Source of the DNA: Eledone cirrhosa
Lineage: Eukaryota
Assembly: GCA_964016885.1 (NCBI GenBank)
Contig: OZ024743.1
Location: 53,072,001-53,136,000 of the forward strand
Direction of reading: 5' to 3'
Length of the DNA stretch: 64,000 nucleotides
This document shows, one piece after another, positions 26,201 to 41,200 of this stretch. Position 1 is the stretch's first letter. The number at the start of each line of letters is the position of its first letter. Position numbers and translations under genes: made by a program. The notes below the pieces were generated by a model. The model saw only the letters and a list, made by a program, of their open reading frames with translations, was not told the origin of the DNA and did not search any database.

Positions 26201-29200
26201 CTCACATCTGTCATCTACTGCCGCCTAACCATAGAGGTGACTAATGCATACCTCACATCTGTCATCTACTGCTGCCTGACCATAGAGGTGACTAATGCAT
26301 ACCTCACATCTGTCATCTACTGCCGCCTGACCATAGAGGTGACTAATGCATACCTCACATCTGTCATCTATTGCTGCCTGACTGTAGAGGTGACTAATGC
26401 ATACCTCACATCTGTCATCTACTGCTGCCTGACTGTAGAGGTGACTAATGCATACCTCACATCTGTCATCTACTGCCACCTGACCATAGAGGTGACTAAT
26501 GCATACCTCACATCTGTCATCTACTGCTGCCTGACTGTAGAGGTGACTAATGCATACCTCACATCTGTCATCTACTGCCGCCTAACCATAGAGGTGACTA
26601 ATGCATACCTCACATCTGTCATCTACTGCTGCCTGACCATAGAGGTGACTAATGCATACCTCACATCTGTCATCTACTGCCGCCTGACCATAGAGGTGAC
26701 TAATGCATACCTCACATCTGTCATCTATTGCTGCCTGACTGTAGAGGTGACTAATGCATACCTCACATCTGTCATCTACTGCTGCCTGACTGTAGAGGTG
26801 ACTAATGCATACCTCACATCTGTCATCTACTGCCGCCCGACCATAGAGGTGACTAATGCATACCTCACATCTGTCTTCTACTGCTGCCTGACTGTAGAGG
26901 TGACTAATGCATACCTCACATCTGTCATCTACTGCCGCCTGACCATAGAGGTGACTAATGCATACCTCACATCTGTCATCTACTGCCGCCTGACTGTAGA
27001 GGTGACTAATGCATACCTCACATCTGTCATCTACTGCCGACTGACTGTAGAGGTGACTAATGCATACCTCACACCTGTCATCTACTGCCGCCTGACCATA
27101 GAGGTGACTAATGCATACCTCACATCTGTCATCTACTGCCGCCTGACCATAGAGGTGGCTAATGCATACCTCACATCTCACATCTGTCATTTACTGCTGC
27201 CTGACTGTAGAGGTGGCTAATGCATACCTCACATCTGTCATCTACTGCTGCCTGACTGTAGAGGTGGCTAATGCATACCTCACATCTGTCATCTACTGCC
27301 GCCTGACCATAGAGGTGACTAATGCATACCTCACATCTGTCATCTACTGCCGCCTGACTGTAGAGGTGACTAATGCATACCTCATATCTGTCATCTACTG
27401 CCACCTGACTGTAGAGGTGGCTAATGCATACCTCACATCTGTCATCTCCTGCCGCCTGACCATAGAGGTGACTAATGCATACCTCACATCTGTCATCTAC
27501 TGCCGCCTGACTGTAGAGGTGGCTAATACATACCTCACATCTCACATCTGTCATCTACTGCCGCCTCACCATAGAGGTGGCTAATGCATACCTCACATCT
27601 GTCATCTACTGCCGCCTGACCATAGAGGTGGCTAATGCATACCTCACATCTCACATCTGTCATCTACTGCTGCCTGACTGTAGAGGTGGCTAATGCATAC
27701 CTCACATCTGTCATCTACTGCTGCCTGACTGTAGAGGTGGCTAATGCATACCTCACATCTGTCATCTACTGCCGCCTGACCATAGAGGTGACTAATGCAT
27801 ACCTCACATCTGTCATCTACTGCCGCCTGACTGTAGAGGTGACTAATGCATACCTCACATCTGTCATCTACTGCCGCCTGACTGTAGAGGTGACTAATGC
27901 ATACCTCACATCTGTCATCTACTGCCGCCTGACCATAGAGGTGACTAATGCATACCTCACATCTGTCATCTACTGCCGCCTGACCATAGAGGTGGCTAAT
28001 GCATACCTCACATCTCACATCTGTCATCTACTGCTGCCTGACTGTAGAGGTGGCTAATGCATACCTCACATCTGTCATCTACTGCTGCCTGACTGTAGAG
28101 GTGGCTAATGCATACCTCACATCTGTCATCTACTGCCGCCTGACCATAGAGGTGACTAATGCATACCTCACATCTGTCATCTACTGCCGCCTGACTGTAG
28201 AGGTGACTAATGCATACCTCATATCTGTCATCTACTGCCACCTGACTGTAGAGGTGGCTAATGCATACCTCACATCTGTCATCTACTGCCGCCTGACCAT
28301 AGAGGTGACTAATGCATACCTCACATCTGTCATCTACTGCCGCCTGACTGTAGAGGTGGCTAATGCATACCTCACATCTCACATCTGTCATCTACTGCCG
28401 CCTGACCATAGAGGTGGCTAATGCATACCTCACATCTGTCATCTACTGCCGCCTGACCATAGAGGTGGTTAATGCATACCTCACATCTCACATCTGTCAT
28501 CTACTGCTGCCTGACTGTAGAGGTGGCTAATGCATACCTCACATCTGTCATCTACTGCTGCCTGACTGTAGAGGTGGCTAATGCATACCTCACATCTGTC
28601 ATCTACTGCCGCCTGACCATAGAGGTGACTAATGCATACCTCACATCTGTCATCTACTGCTGCCTGACTGTAGAGGTGGCTAATGCATACCTCACATCTG
28701 TCATCTACTGCCGCCTGACTGTAGAGGTGACTAATGCATACCTCACATCTGTCATCTACTGCCGCCTGACCATAGAGGTGACTAATGCATACCTCACATC
28801 TGTCATCTACTGCCGCCTGACCATAGAGGTGACTAATGCATACCTCACATCTGTCATCTACTGCCGCCTGACCATAGAGGTGGCTAATGCATACCTCACA
28901 TCTGTCATCTACTGCCGCCTGACCATAGAGGTGACTAATGCATACCTCACATCTGTCATCTACTGCTGCCTGACTGTAGAGGTGACTAATACATACCTCA
29001 CATCTGTCATCTACTGCCGCCTGACCATAGAGGTGGCTAATGCATACCTCACATCTGTCATCTACTGCTGCCTGACTGTAGAGGTGACTAATGCATACCT
29101 CACATCTATCATCTACTGCCGCCGGACTGTAGAGGTGGCTAATGCATACCTCACATCTGTCATCTACTGCTGCCTGACTGTAGAGGTGACTAATGCATAC

Positions 29201-32200
29201 CTCACATCTGTCATCTACTGCCGCCGGACTGTAGAGGTGGCTAATGCATACCTCACATCTGTCATCTACTGCTGCCTGACTGTAGAGGTGACTAATGCAT
29301 ACCTCACATCTGTCATCTACTGCCGCCGGACTGTAGAGGTGGCTAATGCATACCTCACATCTGTCATCTACTGCCGCCTGACCATAGAGGTGACTAATGC
29401 ATACCTCACATCTGTCATCTACTGCCGCCTGACTGTAGAGGTGACTAATGCATACCTCACATCTGTCATCTACTGCCGCCTGACCATAGAGGTGACTAAT
29501 GCATACCTCACATCTGTCATCTACTGCTGCCTGACTGTAGAGGTGACTAATGCATACCTCACATCTGTCATCTACTGCCGCCTGACTGTAGAGGTGGCTA
29601 ATGCATACCTCACATCTGTCATCTACTGCCGCCTGACTGTAGAGGTGACTAATGCATACCTCACATCTGTCATCTACTGCCGCCTGACTGTAGAGGTGAC
29701 TAATGCATACCTCACATCTGTCATCTACTGCCGCCTGATTGTAGAGGTGACTAATGCATACCTCACATCTGTCATCTACTGCTGCCTGACTGTAGAGGTG
29801 GCTAATGCATACCTCACATCTGTCATCTACTGCCGCCTGACTGTAGAGGTGACTAATGCATACCTCACATCTGTCATCTACTGCCGCCTGACTGTAGAGG
29901 TGACTAATGCATACCTCACATCTGTCATCTACTGCCGCCTGACTGTAGAGGTGACTAATGCATACCTCACATCTGTCATCTACTGCCGCCTGACCATAGA
30001 GGTGACTAATGCATACCTCACATCTGTCATCTACTGCCGCCTGACTGTAGAGGTGACTAATGCATACCTCACATCTGTCATCTACTGCCGCCTGACTGTA
30101 GAGGTGACTAATGCATACCTCACATCTGTCATCTACTGCCGCCTGACTGTAGAGGTGACTAATGCATACCTCACATCTGTCATCTACTGCCGCCTGACTG
30201 TAGAGGTGACTAATGCATACCTCACATCTGTCATCTACTGCTGCCTGACTGTAGAGGTGACTAATGCATACCTCACATCTGTCATCTACTGCCGCCTGAC
30301 TGTAGAGGTGTCTAATGCATACCTCACATCTGTCATCTACTGCTGCCTGACTGTAGAGGTGACTAATGCATACCTCACATCTGTCATCTACTGCTGCCTG
30401 ACTGTAGAGGTGACTAATGCATACCTCACATCTGTCATCTACTGCCGCCTGACTGTAGAGGTGGCTAATGCATACCTCACATCTGTCATCTACTGCTGCC
30501 TGACTGTAGAGGTGACTAATGCATACCTCACATCTGTCATCTACTGCCGCCTGACTGTAGAGGTGGCTAATGCATACCTCACATCTGTCATCTACTGCCG
30601 CCTGACCATAGAGGTGGCTAATGCATACCTCACATCTGTCATCTACTGCCGCCTGACTGTAGAGGTGGCTAATGCATACCTCACATCTGTCATCTACTGC
30701 CGCCTGACTGTAGAGGTGGCTAATGCATACCTCACATCTGTCATCTACTGCCGCCTGACTGTAGAGGTGGCTAATGCATACCTCACATCTGTCATCTACT
30801 GCCACCTGACTGTAGAGGTGGCTAATGCATACCTCACATCTGTCATCTACTGCTGCCTGACTGTAGAGGTGACTAATGCATACCTCACATCTGTCATCTA
30901 CTGCCGCCTGACTGTAGAGGTGGCTAATGCATACCTCACATCTGTCATCTACTGCGGCCTGACCATAGAGGTGGCTAATGCATACCTCACATCTGTCATC
31001 TACTGCCGCCTGACTGTAGAGGTGGCTAATGCATACCTCACATCTGTCATCTACTGCTGCCTGACTGTAGAGGTGGCTAATGCATACCTCACATCTGTCA
31101 TCTACTGCCGCCTGACTGTAGAGGTGACTAATGCATACCTCACATCTGTCATCTACTGCCGCCTGACCATAGAGGTGACTAATGCATACCTCACATCTGT
31201 CATCTACTGCCGCCTGACCATAGAGGTGACTAATGCATACCTCACATCTGTCATCTACTGCCGCCTGACCATAGAGGTGGCTAATGCATACCTCACATCT
31301 GTCATCTACTGCCGCCTGACCATAGAGGTGACTAATGCATACCTCACATCTGTCATCTACTGCTGCCTGACTGTAGAGGTGACTAATGCATACCTCACAT
31401 CTGTCATCTACTGCCGCCTGACCATAGAGGTGGCTAATGCATACCTCACATCTGTCATCTACTGCTGCCTGACTGTAGAGGTGACTAATGCATACCTCAC
31501 ATCTGTCATCTACTGCCGCCGGACTGTAGAGGTGGCTAATGCATACCTCACATCTGTCATCTACTGCTGCCTGACTGTAGAGGTGACTAATGCATACCTC
31601 ACATCTGTCATCTACTGCCGCCGGACTGTAGAGGTGGCTAATGCATACCTCACATCTGTCATCTACTGCTGCCTGACTGTAGAGGTGACTAATGCATACC
31701 TCACATCCGTCATCTACTGCCGCCGGACTGTAGAGGTGGCTAATGCATACCTCACATCTGTCATCTACTGCCGCCTGACCATAGAGGTGACTAATGCATA
31801 CCTCACATCTGTCATCTACTGCCGCCTGACTGTAGAGGTGACTAATGCATAGCGCACATCTGTCATCTACTGCCGCCTGACCATAGAGGTGACTAATGCA
31901 TACCTCACATCTGTCATCTACTGCTGCCTGACCATAGAGGTGACTAATGCATACCTCACATCTGTCATCTACTGCCGCCTGACTGTAGAGGTGACTAATG
32001 CATACCTCACATCTGTCATCTACTGCCGCCTGACTGTAGAGGTGACTAATGCATACCTCACATCTGTCATCTACTGCCGCCTGACTGTAGAGGTGACTAA
32101 TGCATACCTCACATCTGTCATCTACTGCCGCCTGACTGTAGAGGTGACTAATGCATACCTCACATCTGTCATCTACTGCCGCCTGACTGTAGAGGTGACT

Positions 32201-35200
32201 AATGCATACCTCACATCTGTCATCTACTGCCGCCTGACTGTAGAGGTGACTAATGCATACCTCACATCTGTCATCTACTGCCGCCTGACTGTAGAGGTGA
32301 CTAATGCATACCTCACATCTGTCATCTACTGCCGCCTGACTGTAGAGGTGACTAATGCATACCTCACATCTGTCATCTACTGCCGCCTGACTGTAGAGGT
32401 GACTAATGCATACCTCACATCTGTCATCTACTGCCGCCTGACTGTAGAGGTGACTAATGCATACCTCACATCTGTCATCTACTGCCGCCTGACTGTAGAG
32501 GTGACTAATGCATACCTCACATCTGTCATCTACTGCCGCCTGACTGTAGAGGTGACTAATGCATACCTCACATCTGTCATCTACTGCCGCCTGACAGTAG
32601 AGGTGGCTAATGCATACCTCACATCTGTCATCTACTGCCGCCTGACCATAGAGGTGGCTAATGCATACCTCACATCTGTCATCTACTGCCGCCTGACCAT
32701 AGAGGTGGCTAATGCATACCTCACATCTGTCATCTACTGCCGCCTGACCATAGAGGTGGCTAATGCATACCTCACATCTGTCATCTACTGCCGCCTGACT
32801 GTAGAGGTGGCTAATGCATACCTCACATCTGTCATCTACTGCGGCCTGACCATAGAGGTGACTAATGGATACCTCACATCTGTCATCTACTGCCGCCTGA
32901 CTGTAGAGGTGGCTAATGCATACCTCACATCTGTCATCTACTGCCGCCTGACTGTAGAGGTGACTAATGCATACCTCACATCTGTCATCTACTGCTGCCT
33001 GACCATAGAGGTGACTAATGCATACCTCACATCTGTCATCTACTGCTGCCTGACTGTAGAGGTGACTAATGCATACCTCACATCTGTCATCTACTGCTGC
33101 CTGACTGTAGAGGTGACTAATGCATACCTCACATCTGTCATCTACTGCCGCCTGACCATAGAGGTGACTAATGCATACCTCACATCTGTCATCTACTGCC
33201 ACCTGACCATAGAGGTGACTAATGCATACCTCACATCTGTCATCTACTGCTGCCTGACTGTAGAGGTGGCTAATGCATACCTCACATCTGTCATCTACTG
33301 CCGCCTGACCATAGAGGTGACTAATGCATACCTCACATCTGTCATCTACTGCCGCCTGACTGTAGAGGTGACTAATGCATACCTCACATCTGTCATCTAC
33401 TGCCGCCTGACTGTAGAGGTGACTAATGCATACCTCACATCTGTCATCTACTGCCGCCTGACCATAGAGGTGACTAATGCATACCTCACATCTGTCATCT
33501 ACTGCCGCCTGACCATAGAGGTGGCTAATGCATACCTCACATCTCACATCTGTCATCTACTGCTGCCTGACTGTAGAGGTGGCTAATGCATACCTCACAT
33601 CTGTCATCTACTGCTGCCTGACTGTAGAGGTGGCTAATGCATACCTCACATCTGTCATCTACTGCCGCCTGACCATAGAGGTGACTAATGCATACCTCAC
33701 ATCTGTCATCTACTGCCGCCTGACTGTAGAGGTGACTAATGCATACCTCATATCTGTCATCTACTGCCACCTGACTGTAGAGGTGGCTAATGCATACCTC
33801 ACATCTGTCATCTACTGCCGCCTGACCATAGAGGTGACTAATGCATACCTCACATCTGTCATCTACTGCCGCCTGACTGTAGAGGTGGCTAATGCATACC
33901 TCACATCTCACATCTGTCATCTACTGCCGCCTGACCATAGAGGTGGCTAATGCATACCTCACATCTGTCATCTACTGCCGCCTGACCATAGAGGTGGTTA
34001 ATGCATACCTCACATCTCACATCTGTCATCTACTGCTGCCTGACTGTAGAGGTGGCTAATGCATACCTCACATCTGTCATCTACTGCTGCCTGACTGTAG
34101 AGGTGGCTAATGCATACCTCACATCTGTCATCTACTGCCGCCTGACTGTAGAGGTGACTAATGCATACCTCACATCTGTCATCTACTGCCGCCTGACCAT
34201 AGAGGTGACTAATGCATACCTCACATCTGTCATCTACTGCCGCCTGACCATAGAGGTGACTAATGCATACCTCACATCTGTCATCTACTGCCGCCTGACC
34301 ATAGAGGTGGCTAATGCATACCTCACATCTGTCATCTACTGCCGCCTGACCATAGAGGTGACTAATGCATACCTCACATCTGTCATCTACTGCTGCCTGA
34401 CTGTAGAGGTGACTAATACATACCTCACATCTGTCATCTACTGCCGCCTGACCATAGAGGTGACTAATGCATACCTCACATCTGTCATCTACTGCTGCCT
34501 GACTGTAGAGGTGACTAATGCATACCTCACATCTATCATCTACTGCCGCCGGACTGTAGAGGTGGCTAATGCATACCTCACATCTGTCATCTACTGCTGC
34601 CTGACTGTAGAGGTGACTAATGCATACCTCACATCCGTCATCTACTGCCGCCGGACTGTAGAGGTGGCTAATGCATACCTCACATCTGTCATCTACTGCT
34701 GCCTGACTGTAGAGGTGACTAATGCATACCTCACATCTGTCATCTACTGCCGCCGGACTGTAGAGGTGGCTAATGCATACCTCACATCTGTCATCTACTG
34801 CCGCCTGACCATAGAGGTGACTAATGCATACCTCACATCTGTCATCTACTGCCGCCTGACTGTAGAGGTGACTAATGCATACCTCACATCTGTCATCTAC
34901 TGCCGCCTGACCATAGAGGTGACTAATGCATACCTCACATCTGTCATCTACTGCTGCCTGACTGTAGAGGTGACTAATGCATACCTCACATCTGTCATCT
35001 ACTGCCGCCTGACTGTAGAGGTGGCTAATGCATACCTCACATCTGTCATCTACTGCCGCCTGACTGTAGAGGTGACTAATGCATACCTCACATCTGTCAT
35101 CTACTGCCGCCTGACTGTAGAGGTGACTAATGCATACCTCACATCTGTCATCTACTGCCGCCTGATTGTAGAGGTGACTAATGCATACCTCACATCTGTC

Positions 35201-38200
35201 ATCTACTGCTGCCTGACTGTAGAGGTGGCTAATGCATACCTCACATCTGTCATCTACTGCCGCCTGACTGTAGAGGTGACTAATGCATACCTCACATCTG
35301 TCATCTACTGCCGCCTGACTGTAGAGGTGACTAATGCATACCTCACATCTGTCATCTACTGCCGCCTGACTGTAGAGGTGACTAATGCATACCTCACATC
35401 TGTCATCTACTGCTGCCTGACTGTAGAGGTGACTAATGCATACCTCACATCTGTCATGTACTGCCGCCTGACTGTAGAGGTGACTAATGCATACCTCACA
35501 TCTGTCATCTACTGCCGCCTGACTGTAGAGGTGACTAATGCATACCTCACATCTGTCATCTACTGCCGCCTGACCATAGAGGTGACTAATGCATACCTCA
35601 CATCTGTCATCTACTGCCGCCTGACTGTAGAGGTGACTAATGCATACCTCACATCTGTCATCTACTGCCGCCTGACTGTAGAGGTGACTAATGCATACCT
35701 CACATCTGTCATCTACTGCCGCCTGACTGTAGAGGTGACTAATGCATACCTCACATCTGTCATCTACTGCCGCCTGACTGTAGAGGTGACTAATGCATAC
35801 CTCACATCTGTCATCTACTGCTGCCTGACTGTAGAGGTGACTAATGCATACCTCACATCTGTCATCTACTGCCGCCTGACTGTAGAGGTGTCTAATGCAT
35901 ACCTCACATCTGTCATCTACTGCTGCCTGACTGTAGAGGTGACTAATGCATACCTCACATCTGTCATCTACTGCTGCCTGACTGTAGAGGTGACTAATGC
36001 ATACCTCACATCTGTCATCTACTGCCGCCTGACTGTAGAGGTGGCTAATGCATACCTCACATCTGTCATCTACTGCTGCCTGACTGTAGAGGTGACTAAT
36101 GCATACCTCACATCTGTCATCTACTGCCGCCTGACTGTAGAGGTGGCTAATGCATACCTCACATCTGTCATCTACTGCCGCCTGACCATAGAGGTGGCTA
36201 ATGCATACCTCACATCTGTCATCTACTGCCGCCTGACTGTAGAGGTGGCTAATGCATACCTCACATCTGTCATCTACTGCCGCCTGACTGTAGAGGTGGC
36301 TAATGCATACCTCACATCTGTCATCTACTGCCGCCTGACTGTAGAGGTGGCTAATGCATACCTCACATCTGTCATCTACTGCCACCTGACTGTAGAGGTG
36401 GCTAATGCATACCTCACATCTGTCATCTACTGCTGCCTGACTGTAGAGGTGACTAATGCATACCTCACATCTGTCATCTACTGCCGCCTGACTGTAGAGG
36501 TGGCTAATGCATACCTCACATCTGTCATCTACTGCGGCCTGACCATAGAGGTGGCTAATGCATACCTCACATCTGTCATCTACTGCCGCCTGACTGTAGA
36601 GGTGGCTAATGCATACCTCACATCTGTCATCTACTGCTGCCTGACTGTAGAGGTGGCTAATGCATACCTCACATCTGTCATCTACTGCCGCCTGACTGTA
36701 GAGGTGACTAATGCATACCTCACATCTGTCATCTACTGCCGCCTGACCATAGAGGTGACTAATGCATACCTCACATCTGTCATCTACTGCCGCCTGACCA
36801 TAGAGGTGACTAATGCATACCTCACATCTGTCATCTACTGCCGCCTGACCATAGAGGTGGCTAATGCATACCTCACATCTGTCATCTACTGCCGCCTGAC
36901 CATAGAGGTGACTAATGCATACCTCACATCTGTCATCTACTGCTGCCTGACTGTAGAGGTGACTAATGCATACCTCACATCTGTCATCTACTGCCGCCTG
37001 ACCATAGAGGTGGCTAATGCATACCTCACATCTGTCATCTACTGCTGCCTGACTGTAGAGGTGACTAATGCATACCTCACATCTGTCATCTACTGCCGCC
37101 GGACTGTAGAGGTGGCTAATGCATACCTCACATCTGTCATCTACTGCTGCCTGACTGTAGAGGTGACTAATGCATACCTCACATCTGTCATCTACTGCCG
37201 CCGGACTGTAGAGGTGGCTAATGCATACCTCACATCTGTCATCTACTGCTGCCTGACTGTAGAGGTGACTAATGCATACCTCACATCCGTCATCTACTGC
37301 CGCCGGACTGTAGAGGTGGCTAATGCATACCTCACATCTGTCATCTACTGCCGCCTGACCATAGAGGTGACTAATGCATACCTCACATCTGTCATCTACT
37401 GCCGCCTGACTGTAGAGGTGACTAATGCATACCTCACATCTGTCATCTACTGCCGCCTGACCATAGAGGTGACTAATGCATACCTCACATCTGTCATCTA
37501 CTGCCGCCTGACCATAGAGGTGACTAATGCATACCTCACATCTGTCATCTACTGCCGCCTGACCATAGAGGTGGCTAATGCATACCTCACATCTGTCATC
37601 TACTGCCGCCTGACCATAGAGGTGACTAATGCATACCTCACATCTGTCATCTACTGCTGCCTGACTGTAGAGGTGACTAATACATACCTCACATCTGTCA
37701 TCTACTGCCGCCTGACCATAGAGGTGACTAATGCATACCTCACATCTGTCATCTACTGCTGCCTGACTGTAGAGGTGACTAATGCATACCTCACATCTAT
37801 CATCTACTGCCGCCGGACTGTAGAGGTGGCTAATGCATACCTCACATCTGTCATCTACTGCTGCCTGACTGTAGAGGTGACTAATGCATACCTCACATCC
37901 GTCATCTACTGCCGCCGGACTGTAGAGGTGGCTAATGCATACCTCACATCTGTCATCTACTGCTGCCTGACTGTAGAGGTGACTAATGCATACCTCACAT
38001 CTGTCATCTACTGCCGCCGGACTGTAGAGGTGGCTAATGCATACCTCACATCTGTCATCTACTGCCGCCTGACCATAGAGGTGACTAATGCATACCTCAC
38101 ATCTGTCATCTACTGCCGCCTGACTGTAGAGGTGACTAATGCATACCTCACATCTGTCATCTACTGCCGCCTGACCATAGAGGTGACTAATGCATACCTC

Positions 38201-41200
38201 ACATCTGTCATCTACTGCTGCCTGACTGTAGAGGTGACTAATGCATACCTCACATCTGTCATCTACTGCCGCCTGACTGTAGAGGTGGCTAATGCATACC
38301 TCACATCTGTCATCTACTGCCGCCTGACTGTAGAGGTGACTAATGCATACCTCACATCTGTCATCTACTGCCGCCTGACTGTAGAGGTGACTAATGCATA
38401 CCTCACATCTGTCATCTACTGCCGCCTGATTGTAGAGGTGACTAATGCATACCTCACATCTGTCATCTACTGCTGCCTGACTGTAGAGGTGGCTAATGCA
38501 TACCTCACATCTGTCATCTACTGCCGCCTGACTGTAGAGGTGACTAATGCATACCTCACATCTGTCATCTACTGCCGCCTGACTGTAGAGGTGACTAATG
38601 CATACCTCACATCTGTCATCTACTGCCGCCTGACTGTAGAGGTGACTAATGCATACCTCACATCTGTCATCTACTGCTGCCTGACTGTAGAGGTGACTAA
38701 TGCATACCTCACATCTGTCATGTACTGCCGCCTGACTGTAGAGGTGACTAATGCATACCTCACATCTGTCATCTACTGCCGCCTGACTGTAGAGGTGACT
38801 AATGCATACCTCACATCTGTCATCTACTGCCGCCTGACCATAGAGGTGACTAATGCATACCTCACATCTGTCATCTACTGCCGCCTGACTGTAGAGGTGA
38901 CTAATGCATACCTCACATCTGTCATCTACTGCCGCCTGACTGTAGAGGTGACTAATGCATACCTCACATCTGTCATCTACTGCCGCCTGACTGTAGAGGT
39001 GACTAATGCATACCTCACATCTGTCATCTACTGCCGCCTGACTGTAGAGGTGACTAATGCATACCTCACATCTGTCATCTACTGCTGCCTGACTGTAGAG
39101 GTGACTAATGCATACCTCACATCTGTCATCTACTGCCGCCTGACTGTAGAGGTGTCTAATGCATACCTCACATCTGTCATCTACTGCTGCCTGACTGTAG
39201 AGGTGACTAATGCATACCTCACATCTGTCATCTACTGCTGCCTGACTGTAGAGGTGACTAATGCATACCTCACATCTGTCATCTACTGCCGCCTGACTGT
39301 AGAGGTGGCTAATGCATACCTCACATCTGTCATCTACTGCTGCCTGACTGTAGAGGTGACTAATGCATACCTCACATCTGTCATCTACTGCCGCCTGACT
39401 GTAGAGGTGGCTAATGCATACCTCACATCTGTCATCTACTGCCGCCTGACCATAGAGGTGGCTAATGCATACCTCACATCTGTCATCTACTGCCGCCTGA
39501 CTGTAGAGGTGGCTAATGCATACCTCACATCTGTCATCTACTGCCGCCTGACTGTAGAGGTGGCTAATGCATACCTCACATCTGTCATCTACTGCCGCCT
39601 GACTGTAGAGGTGGCTAATGCATACCTCACATCTGTCATCTACTGCCACCTGACTGTAGAGGTGGCTAATGCATACCTCACATCTGTCATCTACTGCTGC
39701 CTGACTGTAGAGGTGACTAATGCATACCTCACATCTGTCATCTACTGCCGCCTGACTGTAGAGGTGGCTAATGCATACCTCACATCTGTCATCTACTGCG
39801 GCCTGACCATAGAGGTGGCTAATGCATACCTCACATCTGTCATCTACTGCCGCCTGACTGTAGAGGTGGCTAATGCATACCTCACATCTGTCATCTACTG
39901 CTGCCTGACTGTAGAGGTGGCTAATGCATACCTCACATCTGTCATCTACTGCCGCCTGACTGTAGAGGTGACTAATGCATACCTCACATCTGTCATCTAC
40001 TGCCGCCTGACCATAGAGGTGACTAATGCATACCTCACATCTGTCATCTACTGCCGCCTGACCATAGAGGTGACTAATGCATACCTCACATCTGTCATCT
40101 ACTGCCGCCTGACCATAGAGGTGGCTAATGCATACCTCACATCTGTCATCTACTGCCGCCTGACCATAGAGGTGACTAATGCATACCTCACATCTGTCAT
40201 CTACTGCTGCCTGACTGTAGAGGTGACTAATGCATACCTCACATCTGTCATCTACTGCCGCCTGACCATAGAGGTGGCTAATGCATACCTCACATCTGTC
40301 ATCTACTGCTGCCTGACTGTAGAGGTGACTAATGCATACCTCACATCTGTCATCTACTGCCGCCGGACTGTAGAGGTGGCTAATGCATACCTCACATCTG
40401 TCATCTACTGCTGCCTGACTGTAGAGGTGACTAATGCATACCTCACATCTGTCATCTACTGCCGCCGGACTGTAGAGGTGGCTAATGCATACCTCACATC
40501 TGTCATCTACTGCTGCCTGACTGTAGAGGTGACTAATGCATACCTCACATCCGTCATCTACTGCCGCCGGACTGTAGAGGTGGCTAATGCATACCTCACA
40601 TCTGTCATCTACTGCCGCCTGACCATAGAGGTGACTAATGCATACCTCACATCTGTCATCTACTGCCGCCTGACTGTAGAGGTGACTAATGCATAGCGCA
40701 CATCTGTCATCTACTGCCGCCTGACCATAGAGGTGACTAATGCATACCTCACATCTGTCATCTACTGCTGCCTGACCATAGAGGTGACTAATGCATACCT
40801 CACATCTGTCATCTACTGCCGCCTGACTGTAGAGGTGACTAATGCATACCTCACATCTGTCATCTACTGCCGCCTGACTGTAGAGGTGACTAATGCATAC
40901 CTCACATCTGTCATCTACTGCCGCCTGACTGTAGAGGTGACTAATGCATACCTCACATCTGTCATCTACTGCCGCCTGACTGTAGAGGTGACTAATGCAT
41001 ACCTCACATCTGTCATCTACTGCCGCCTGACTGTAGAGGTGACTAATGCATACCTCACATCTGTCATCTACTGCCGCCTGACTGTAGAGGTGACTAATGC
41101 ATACCTCACATCTGTCATCTACTGCCGCCTGACTGTAGAGGTGACTAATGCATACCTCACATCTGTCATCTACTGCCGCCTGACTGTAGAGGTGACTAAT